From positions 18,064-29,158 of the forward strand of contig JAWBDT010000008.1 in NCBI GenBank assembly GCA_038821645.1: a stretch of DNA of 11,095 nt. Direction: 5' to 3'. A program made the translations under genes and the position numbers. Below are positions 1 through 10,530 of this stretch, piece by piece. Position 1 is the first letter of the stretch; every line of letters begins with the position of its first letter. The notes beneath the pieces were generated by a model that was not told the DNA's origin, searched no databases, and saw only the letters and a program-made list of their open reading frames with translations. This DNA comes from Ignisphaera sp. (GTDB taxonomy: Archaea; Thermoproteota; Thermoprotei_A; Sulfolobales; Ignisphaeraceae).

Positions 1-213
1 TTCAGAGAGTTCAGCAAATCTCTCCTCAAGCTTAATCACCCTCTCCTCCAATCTAGCAAACCTTTCTTCTAATTTTGCAACTCTTTCAGAGAGTTCAGCA
101 AATCTCTCCTCAAGCTTAATCACCCTCTCCTCCAATCTAGCAAACCTTTCTTCTAATTTTGCAACTCTTTCAGAGAGTTCAGCAAATCTCTCCTCAAGCT
201 TAATCACCCTCTC
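1..213. repeat. Perfect 84-bp intragenic tandem repeat (at least 2.5 copies, truncated by the window edge), built from four 21-bp heptad units
   Basis: 1-84 is identical to 85-168; 169-213 repeats the first 45 bp. Encodes (EERVIKL EERFAEL SERVAKL EERFARL)n on the minus strand. Confidence 0.97.
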
Positions 214-336
214 GTTTAGCGCCATAATCCCTTCTAAAACTTCTTTGTATCCAATCAAACCCATAACAGCATATCGGAACTCTTTATCAATTTCTAGAGT
301 TCTCAGAATCTTCTCCTTCTCTTCAATACTTAACAT
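1..336 (-). CDS. Heptad-repeat coiled-coil protein, 5' part (paREP15/DUF3782-like; probably with a C-terminal PD-(D/E)XK-type domain beyond the window)
   Basis: Not in the ORF track. ATG at 336 preceded by AGGTG SD; frame is open to base 1: MLSIEEKEKILRTLEIDKEFRYAVMGLIGYKEVLEGIMALNERVIKLEERFAELSERVAKLEERFARLEERVIKL... The D(K/R)EFRYAVxGLxG N-terminus followed by heptads is typical of this crenarchaeal family (recalled, not searched). Confidence 0.85.
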   Translation of the reverse strand, partial: MLSIEEKEKILRTLEIDKEFRYAVMGLIGYKEVLEGIMALNERVIKLEERFAELSERVAKLEERFARLEERVIKLEERFAELSERVAKLEERFARLEERVIKLEERFAELSE

Positions 337-675
337 ATTTCTACACCTTGGCCTAATTTGTTTATACCATGTTTTTCTGTTTTCTTCTCCACTAGTAAAA
401 TTACAAATATATGGAAGATATAAAACTTAACGTTACGATTTAAGAATATCAAATGTTTTAATTACAGACTCATTCATTATTTCTACATTATACTCTATGA
501 TATCTATATAAATTCTATAGTAAGTAGAAGAGATGCAGGCTTGATTTTGTAAGTTTAATAATATAACTTAACCTTGTTATTCAATTTAACTATCAAATAT
601 TTGTTATAGATGTGATACCCTAATTTTGTTGGTATGTAATCAAAATTTGTTGCAGGAGTTTAAACTGAACATATC

Positions 676-1020
676 TTATTTTAACCCTTGTCTTTTAGAT
701 ACAAGAAGTATCTCTGTAGCCCAAGCAATAGATCCTAGAAAGAACATTTCACCAAACCCTAAGCCATTAACAGGATCTATAATCATGTAAAGTCCTACAA
801 TTGTAAAAACAAGAGATATGAAGAGTATTAAGCTACATCTTTTCTTGATAAATGCTATATATATATGAACATACACTATGTCGAGACTTGTGATAAAGAC
901 ACTAATAGACGGAAATGTATGAATTGTTTCTATTCCTTGAAGTAGAAGCCCAAGAAAATACAATGCACCTACGACCAGCCCACTCACAATGCCTTCTAGA
1001 GCGCTACACTTAACATACAA
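676..1020 (-). pseudogene. EamA/DMT-family transporter fragment
   Basis: Hydrophobic 114 aa with EamA-like segments (GLVVGALYFLGLLLQG; PSISVFITSLxIVYV; GFGE..LGSIAWA.EILLVSK), covering only the middle of a typical ~290-aa two-repeat protein; weak TTG start; flanks lack ORFs. Confidence 0.7.
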
Positions 1021-1388
1021 TATATTAGACTATTTCAGAAACAATAGTTTTATCAATAGATAGTGAAATCTATATAGTTGTTGAGTTACTCATAGAATTA
1101 AACTATAGCGTTATTAAGATTTTGATCTATTTTTATCTTAATGAACATGAATAATTAACATTTGTTTATGAAGATTTTGCAGATCATTTATCAATACATG
1201 AGACAAATCGGGGAAATAAGACAATATGGAGAATCTTCATTAATTATTACTAATTGTTATAGCTATGTATTACAGTATGTGGAAGCTTGATATAGCAAGA
1301 ATATTAATGTATTTAGTATTAAAAACAATGCTTCACTATAGTTAAGTATTTTAGGTTAAAACTAGGCGATACTAGTGGGATTAAGGCT

Positions 1389-2147
1389 ATGAGAATACTC
1401 ATAGTTTCTGATATTCATGGAAATGCAGAAGCTCTTAGAAGTGTTCTTGAGTCTGTAGATAAATGGGATGCTGTATGGTTTTTAGGGGATTTCGTTGACT
1501 ATGGACCTGAACCACATATTGTGATAGACATTGTTAAGGATTTGAAACCTGATGCCATAGTTATGGGGAATCATGATTATGCTGTTGCTTTCAATACTGA
1601 TTGTAAATGTGATCCAGTTCTTCACAACCTTAGCGAATACACAAGGAAGAACATATCTCTAAAGCTATTATCAAGAGAACAGATAGAATGGCTTAAAACT
1701 CTACCAAAAACAATAGAAAAAGTTATCGATGGTAAAAAACACTACATTGTTCATGGAAGTCCAAGAAACCCTCTTTATGGCTACATCAAGCCAAGTCTCT
1801 CAATCAATGAAATAAAGCTTTCACTAACATCATCTGTAGTAGCAATAAAGCCAAAGCCTATTGAGGTAGACTATGTTTTTGTTGGACATACACATATACC
1901 CATGGATATTAAGGTAGATAGTGTAAGAATTGTGAATCCAGGAAGCTGTGGACAACCTAGAGATGGTGACTATAGAGCTTCTTACGCAATATACGATACA
2001 GAGACGAATATATTCGAAATAGGTAGAATAGAATATGATATAGAGAGAGTGGTTAAGAAACTAGAAGAACTCAATCTAGAAAGTAGATATAGTGAATATC
2101 TTAAAGCAATACTCAAAACAGGAAGAATAGATCTCCTAAAGAGATAA
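1389..2147 (+). CDS. Calcineurin-like metallophosphoesterase (MJ0936/MJ0912-like)
   Basis: All motifs present: SDIHGN, LGDFVDYG, GNHD, VHGSP, GHTH, NPGSCGQPRDGD. Confidence 0.93.
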   Translation: MRILIVSDIHGNAEALRSVLESVDKWDAVWFLGDFVDYGPEPHIVIDIVKDLKPDAIVMGNHDYAVAFNTDCKCDPVLHNLSEYTRKNISLKLLSREQIEWLKTLPKTIEKVIDGKKHYIVHGSPRNPLYGYIKPSLSINEIKLSLTSSVVAIKPKPIEVDYVFVGHTHIPMDIKVDSVRIVNPGSCGQPRDGDYRASYAIYDTETNIFEIGRIEYDIERVVKKLEELNLESRYSEYLKAILKTGRIDLLKR

Positions 2148-2228
2148 GAGACTGAACCCATAGAGATAACTACTACCTATATCTACATCATACATCAATT
2201 CCAAAGAAATCTATATCAGTATAATAAT

Positions 2229-2866
2229 TTAGTACTTACATAGTTTAAGTATGTGTTCAGCTCTTTTTAGAACGTTGTCCATAATCCATGTATATTCCCC
2301 TAGATTTCTAAGAGCTTTAATCCTATCTATGTTTTCTCTAACTTCTCTACATATTTCATCTATGTGTTTCCTTCTAATATTCTCATCTATAGGCTTCTCT
2401 GCCTGTAATTTTGGATTACCCTCCATAAACCCTTCTGGAAAGTACCAGTCTTTAAACCATGTGAATCCATTTTTGAAAAGGATATAGCCAAGTCTAGTTA
2501 ATGGTGGTGGAACACCTATTTCAAGAGCTTTTCTAGTCTCATAATCATACACATACTCTATGAATAGCCTTTCACCACCTTGGAGAATATTCGATAAACA
2601 CTCTATCAAATTATCTTCGTAGATACTGTCAATGAATTTAAATATCTTGTTGTTGAATATAAGCTCTTTATTTATCATGAATACCTCTATCCACTTCCTA
2701 TAGTGTGGAGGTCTACCTGTGAACATCTTCATAACCAGTAGCCTCTTTTTAGTACCTCTATAGGTTATATAGATCTCTATGTTCTTTTCCTCTAAAAATC
2801 TACCACTCTTTACCAAAAACTCGATCTCTACATCTTCTAGATCTCTGAAAGCTTCTCTACATATCA

Positions 2867-2867
<1 letters not shown>
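2229..2867 (-). CDS. DUF1122 family protein
   Basis: Signature GFTWFKDWYFPEGFMEGNPKLQAEKP plus F.GRPP.Y..W.E and LF.EY.YD.ET; GTG start overlaps the beta-subunit stop (TAGTG). Confidence 0.82.
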
Positions 2868-5714
<2,847 letters not shown>

Positions 5715-5724
5715 ACAAAGTCTC

Positions 5725-6042
5725 CTAATCCCCTATGTAAGCTTCTTCAGCTATAGACTCATCGAGTGTGACATCTGGAGAGATAAAGTGTTTCTCTACA
5801 TGCTCCTTTAGCTCGTTTTCATCGTATATAATCTTCCTACAGTTTACACAATATAGCCAACCTTTTTCTCTAAGAATAGTTCTTAGTTCATCAATAGAGG
5901 AAGGTCTAAACGATTCACAAAAACCTTGTACCTCAAACGAAACTGCATTCTGCTTAACTACACAGTAACCCACATAAGGGAAATATATATGTGGTTTAAA
6001 GAATATACACCTTCCACACACATCACTACTCTCAATATACAT
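5725..6042 (-). CDS. Small Cys-rich metal-binding protein (Cys4 module plus C2H2 zinc finger), function unknown
   Basis: C9-x2-C12-x14-C27-x14-C42 and C65-x2-C68-x12-H81-x3-H85; ATG directly abuts the ferredoxin stop; ends 10 nt before the alpha-subunit start. Confidence 0.85.
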   Translation of the reverse strand: MYIESSDVCGRCIFFKPHIYFPYVGYCVVKQNAVSFEVQGFCESFRPSSIDELRTILREKGWLYCVNCRKIIYDENELKEHVEKHFISPDVTLDESIAEEAYIGD

Positions 6043-6288
6043 TTAATCAATCCTCTCAATCTTTATAGCATTAACTGGACAGACATCAGCACCTGCTTTA
6101 GCACACTCGTAAAGCTCTTCAGGAATTTCCCCAATAGATACATTCTCATCAGTTCTAACACTATACTTTTCAACAATTCTAGTCTTATAGTTGTCAGAGC
6201 CAAGTTCATAGATCTCAGGACAAGCAGCTGGAGCTGCTCCACAAGATATACATGCTACTCTATCAACTATAACCCTATATCTAGCCAA
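6043..6288 (-). CDS. Single-cluster-type ferredoxin with atypical motif
   Basis: YRVIVDRVACISCGAAPAACPEIYEL...CAKAGADVCPVNAIKIE. Start reassigned to TTG 6288 (GGTG SD 6 nt upstream; 81 aa); the longer ORF start at 6336 would include the TATA box. Confidence 0.9.
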   Translation of the reverse strand: MARYRVIVDRVACISCGAAPAACPEIYELGSDNYKTRIVEKYSVRTDENVSIGEIPEELYECAKAGADVCPVNAIKIERID

Positions 6289-6321
6289 AACAGACACCAG
6301 AACAATATACTTTGAAACTAA

Positions 6322-6335
6322 AATATAAATTTTCA
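6322..6335 (-). promoter_or_regulatory. Putative BRE/TATA promoter of the ferredoxin-OFOR operon
   Basis: Minus strand reads TGAAAA-TTTATATT about 34 nt upstream of the TTG start. Confidence 0.55.
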
Positions 6336-6549
6336 TGTTATAACAAATAGTTAAATTCGTTTAATCATTCTATAGATTCTAACCTACTTTGCAATATTTT
6401 GATTAAGATACATTGGCTATTACTACTGGAATCTTTTAGAGTATCCAGTTAGAAACATAGGGAAAACTAACTCTATATACTGTTCTTGCTGTATTTAGAA
6501 AAATTGATGTAGAAAATGTATTAGGATATAAATAGAGTTAAAATATATT

Positions 6550-7101
6550 TCACTTCTTATCTAATTCCTCAAGTCTCTTTAGTCCTTCTTTCGATAACAG
6601 GTTCCTGAATATTGTTTCATGCTCAGCTTCATCCTTTATTATATCTTCTATGATTTCTTCTGTTACTGGATCTTTTCCAAACACATAGTTGAATATCTCT
6701 CTATAGTGAGCTAGAGCACATCTTTCAGCCAGTATGCTGGCAATTATGAATCCATCTGTATCATGTGGATCTTCAGGAAGTTCTGTTTGTCTACATTTCG
6801 ATAGATGCCAAAGATCTCTAAAGTCTGGTGGATCTACATCAAAATCCTGTAGTCTATCTGCTAATAGTTTTGCGTGATCATTTAACTCATCATCTGCTAT
6901 TTTCTTGAATACATCCTCTATTTCTGTAGAAATATGGCCTCTGACAGCATATCCACTTACGTAGTACTGATACCAAGCCAGTATTTCGTCAGCAAATGCT
7001 GAAAGCAGCATGTTAACGAGTTTGTCTAAATCTATTCCCTTAACCTCTTCTCTAGTCGGAAACTTTTCGGGTAGATATCTATATTTCTTTGGCTCACTCA
7101 T
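6550..7101 (-). CDS. Ferritin-like DPSL / bacterioferritin-related di-iron protein
   Basis: ADEILAWYQY, DELNDH, AERCA, KDPVT, DEAEHE; Cys pair (LSKC, AERC) matching the DPSL thioferritin arrangement. Likely start ATG 7101 (GGGGA SD, 2 nt after the upstream stop); 7113 is the alternative. Confidence 0.88.
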   Translation of the reverse strand: MSEPKKYRYLPEKFPTREEVKGIDLDKLVNMLLSAFADEILAWYQYYVSGYAVRGHISTEIEDVFKKIADDELNDHAKLLADRLQDFDVDPPDFRDLWHLSKCRQTELPEDPHDTDGFIIASILAERCALAHYREIFNYVFGKDPVTEEIIEDIIKDEAEHETIFRNLLSKEGLKRLEELDKK

Positions 7102-7103
7102 AT

Positions 7104-7439
7104 CTATCCCCATTTACCTTTCTTCATATGGGTCTCGAGTTCAGCCATAATCTTCTGGATAGTTGTTAGTGCAAATTCTTTCTCTTCATTAGCTATCTTA
7201 ACACATGGTGGATCTAGATTATCTTGAATAATCTCTTCAGCTACTGATAGAAGCTCTCTCAATAGTGTAATAGCCTTCATGTGTAAGTAATTAGATCTTC
7301 TAGATCTGACAACTAGTTCAGCCTCATTTTCACTCAGCTGTTTAAACTGTTCTTTAGGAGCTCCACACTTTGGACATTTATCTGGTGGTTGAGGTCCTTC
7401 AAATATGAAATTACATACCTGACATTTCCAAAACGGCAT
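7104..7439 (-). CDS. Rubredoxin-like domain protein with helical C-terminal extension
   Basis: WKCQVCNFIFEGPQPPDKCPKCGAPKEQF rubredoxin-like knuckles; C-terminal DNLDPPC and AELETHMKKGKWG; AGGTGGGG SD upstream. Confidence 0.88.
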   Translation of the reverse strand: MPFWKCQVCNFIFEGPQPPDKCPKCGAPKEQFKQLSENEAELVVRSRRSNYLHMKAITLLRELLSVAEEIIQDNLDPPCVKIANEEKEFALTTIQKIMAELETHMKKGKWG

Positions 7440-7480
7440 AACTAATACCCCACCTAGCTCTAGTAGATCTGGCTTTTTGT

Positions 7481-7503
7481 TATATAAAGGTTGCCTATAT
7501 AAA
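7481..7503 (-). promoter_or_regulatory. Two tandem TATA boxes upstream of the rubredoxin/DPSL pair
   Basis: TTTATATA on the minus strand at 7481-7488 and again at 7496-7503. Confidence 0.55.
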
Positions 7504-7612
7504 TAATGTGATAGTTCTAACTTGATCCAGAATACATCTTTCCGTGTGACTGTTATCGATAGAGCTTCAGAGACCTTTAACTTTAATCCAGAGAGTCATA
7601 GAGGTTCTAGGT

Positions 7613-8488
7613 CTAGGGTGGTTCAACTCTATAGATTTTTACAACAGTATCTATATTCAATTTATAGAGGTACTCTTCATCAATCACACCTTCAGTTAAT
7701 AGTTTCTTCTGGTTCTCTACAATATCCCATGGATATGACGATACTCCTGGCCTCTTGGGATCGTCTATGAAATCGCTTTCAACCATATAGAAGGGTTTTA
7801 TTGAAATAAAAACTTCTCTAAGTACAGGGTATTTGCCTGGTACAGTAAAAACGAGATCTCTTTTTTGTGAAGCTTTTGCTGTTGCTACATCTAGATGGTG
7901 AAGAACAATCTTGGCTCTATCTATTCCAATGCTTTTCACAAGATTCTCTATATCTAGAGCTGTCAATTCTCCACCTTGTTCAAGATGTAGATGAACAATA
8001 GCATCTAGATCTCTAGCTAATTCAAGTGTATATCTAGTAACCATATTGTTTACAATAAACGCCTCTGGTATAGCTCTATAGTGAGGTCTACCTATTTCAC
8101 CAAAACCATCCACCAAACCCTCTTTCACAAGTTTAGCAATATAGTTCACAACCATTATCGCCTTGTCTAGAACCTTAACACTACGTTTAGGATCTCTAGA
8201 TACTTCATCCTCTATTGCTGCTGGATGTATACCCAATAAACATACGGTCTTCAACTTAAGTTCTCTAGCTTTCCTACATTCACTAATAAAAACATCAAAA
8301 GACTTTACATATCCATCGAAACTGTTTTCGAGATCAAGATGATGAGGCGGTAGAGACACCAATACAATAAACCAGCCACCGTTATCTAAAAACTTTCTAC
8401 CAATACCAGCTATACCTAAACCTTTAACAGGATTGCTATGCATATGACCATCAGCGAAAACCAGTTTACCCACATTGATCACCTTCAT
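7613..8488 (-). CDS. TatD-related metal-dependent hydrolase (archaeal, COG1831-like)
   Basis: DGHMH, GIHPA, GEIGRPHY, HLHLE, LHH, ESDFIDDPKRPG amidohydrolase TIM-barrel motifs. Confidence 0.88.
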   Translation of the reverse strand: MKVINVGKLVFADGHMHSNPVKGLGIAGIGRKFLDNGGWFIVLVSLPPHHLDLENSFDGYVKSFDVFISECRKARELKLKTVCLLGIHPAAIEDEVSRDPKRSVKVLDKAIMVVNYIAKLVKEGLVDGFGEIGRPHYRAIPEAFIVNNMVTRYTLELARDLDAIVHLHLEQGGELTALDIENLVKSIGIDRAKIVLHHLDVATAKASQKRDLVFTVPGKYPVLREVFISIKPFYMVESDFIDDPKRPGVSSYPWDIVENQKKLLTEGVIDEEYLYKLNIDTVVKIYRVEPP

Positions 8489-8783
8489 ATACTAGCTGTC
8501 TTTAACGAGTAGAGAGTATTAAGCTATAGCAGAAAATAAAAACATAGATATCTAAGTCTATTTAGCGATAACAATATCTTTTAGAAAATATTTGCTATAA
8601 TTCTTTACTATATAGTACTAGCTATGTTTCTATAGAATTTTATGTTAGAAGATTTATACAGATTATCTCTATATGTGATAGAAGTTGTATATCAGAGTTA
8701 TAGTGTCATAATCTGTATGACAGTCACGTCATTCTAGGTAGGTACTAAGTATTCTGAAACGAATTATGTGTCAGGTGTGAAAT

Positions 8784-9768
8784 ATGTTGATGAATAATAT
8801 CGGTGACAAGGTTATAGAAATTATAGCAAAAACGTTGGTAGGTATTGCTATAGTTATTGTTGTGACTCTAACTATATCTCTTAACGCATGTTTCAATCCA
8901 GCAGATGTTAATGCTATAGAAGTCATATTTAATAAAAATGGCATAGATTATAATCTAAGATTATAATCTAACTATGTTGATAGAGAAATACAAACCTATC
9001 GTTGTTAATGAAGGTAGGATCTATGTATTCAAATACATATATAGAACATCTATAGATAGAGATCTAGAATTTGGTGTTATTGTTTATCTAGAGAAGCTAT
9101 GTAGAAATGCACCATGCATAGAAGGGTACAATGATGAAGAACCAGTAAGAGATGTTATTGCAATAAGATTGGAATCTCTAGAGCAATGTTTATTGAACTC
9201 CACGACTAATGTAGGAGAATGTTCAGTAAAGTCTATCATAAATTTAGCATTTCTAGAATTAATCAAAAGGTTAACTGATGAAGGCATCCTAATGGGTCTA
9301 GATATCAAAGATATATACGCTATAATGGATGGCATAACAAGCAACTATTTTACTGCTGGATGGAACAATAGATTGTTGTATAACGAAGAACTAGATAAAT
9401 GGCTACCTTATGCAGAGCTTGTTAATAGAGGACTTGTAAAAGGTGTGTTATTGAAGGGATATAGTTGTTCTTATAAATTACCAAGAGAAGTTATCGATGA
9501 AATAAAAGCATTAGAACCAACATTAATTATAGAAAAACAAACAGAAACTATAACTGAGATAACACCTTCAGTTATTACTCCATAGCCACCTCCATCTATA
9601 ACATCTATCTCTATGCCTCAGATAACACCTTCAGTAACTAAACAAACAGAAACTCAGATAACTCAAGTTCAGCAGCTAGATGGAGTAGCAGTAGGGATAG
9701 CGATATCCATAGGGATTATAGTAGCTTTAGCTATATACATCTCTTGGGGGTATCTATCTAAAACTTAA
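8784..9768 (+). pseudogene. Disrupted secreted, C-terminally membrane-anchored surface protein (~323 aa when rebuilt)
   Basis: AGGTG SD; signal peptide in ORF 8784-8966; removing a 13-bp duplication (8959-8971) fuses it to ORF 8974-9585; after the TAG at 9583-9585 the same frame continues through a P/S/T-rich linker and a TM helix (GVAVGIAISIGIIVALAIYISWGYLSKT) to TAA at 9766-9768. Confidence 0.88.
8946..8971. repeat. 13-bp tandem duplication GATTATAATCTAA x2
   Basis: 8946-8958 equals 8959-8971; the first copy overlaps the perfect 14-bp palindrome TAGATTATAATCTA (8944-8957). Confidence 0.95.
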
Positions 9769-9794
9769 ACATTTTTACCTAAATATACATCTTG

Positions 9795-10387
9795 ATGATA
9801 GATTTTGAAAGGTGGTAGAAGATAATATCTAGAGAAACTACTCTATTTAACCATCCACACATTAGGCTCTGGCACAGATTTCTACTGGAAGTATTTGATC
9901 CTGGAATGTTAGGAAGTGAATACGCCCTAATACTTCCATGTTCACATGCAAAACCATATAGAATATCCCGACTCCACAGCCAATTAGAATCAATGCTTAC
10001 AAAATATGATCTCGTATATAGGATTCAGAGATACATCCTCTCGGAGCCCATGGTTCTAGTACCACGTGAACTTGATATATATATTATCCATTTGGAAACT
10101 ATGACTATCCACCGAAAGAGTTGACAGAAGGAGATAGAGAGACTTTTGTAAAGCTTCTAGCCTCTATACTACCAAAACTCAGAAAACACAAAAAGATAGT
10201 AGCAGTACTACCAAAACATCATACCAGTATACTTGTATCAGCCTTAAAATTATGTAACATGTGCATCGAAATCGAAGTTCATAGTTATGGAAGGAAAGCC
10301 TTCAAAACGATAAAGGATGTTGTAGAGAAAATCAGTAACAGCATGCACAGCACCCCAACAATAATATCCATCAATATACATATATAA
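9795..10387 (+). pseudogene. Disrupted stand-alone ArcS/DUF5591-like protein (archaeosine synthase related domain)
   Basis: LFNHP..WH.FL, LPCSHAKPYRISRLH, LSEPMVLVPRELD; deleting one AT from (AT)5 at 10075-10084 restores IYYPFGNYDYPPKEL and joins ORF 10121-10387. In-frame TAG at 9816-9818 after ATG 9795; the true start is uncertain. Confidence 0.8.
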
Positions 10388-10530
10388 CCAATAAATACTA
10401 TATTCGCATTAACAAGTTCACACCCTGGCACCATCGGTGATGTTAAGAAGAGCCTTAATCCATCGATTGATAAACCCCATTTTAAATAGCAATAAAGGAG
10501 TTTCTAGATATCATTTATCAACTAATAGAA

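Noticed and set aside
1-213. Repeat array as CRISPR
   Set aside because: No unique spacers; units are contiguous, a multiple of 3, and encode heptads in an open frame.
245-430. ORF 245..430 (+)
   Set aside because: Antisense to the coiled-coil gene and its upstream region; no recognisable motif.
6448-6456. GTTAGAAAC matching the SurR-type GTTn3AAC site
   Set aside because: Single 6-bp-information match far from the TATA box; expected by chance; SurR is characterised in Thermococcales.
7522-7770. ORF 7522..7770 (+)
   Set aside because: Overlaps the TatD-like gene antisense; no motif or SD.
9084-9344. ORF 9084..9344 (-)
   Set aside because: Antisense shadow of the surface-protein gene.
9583-9818. 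Pyrrolysine or amber recoding for the two in-frame TAGs
   Set aside because: TAG is the normal stop of five intact genes here (2867, 3804, 5725, 7104, 7613), both affected genes also carry frameshifts, and no pyl genes are visible.
10388-10530. Possible C/D-box sRNA or small hydrophobic minus-strand ORF between the convergent pseudogenes
   Set aside because: No proper C and D box pair; the small ORF overlaps the DUF5591-like 3' end and lacks recognisable similarity.
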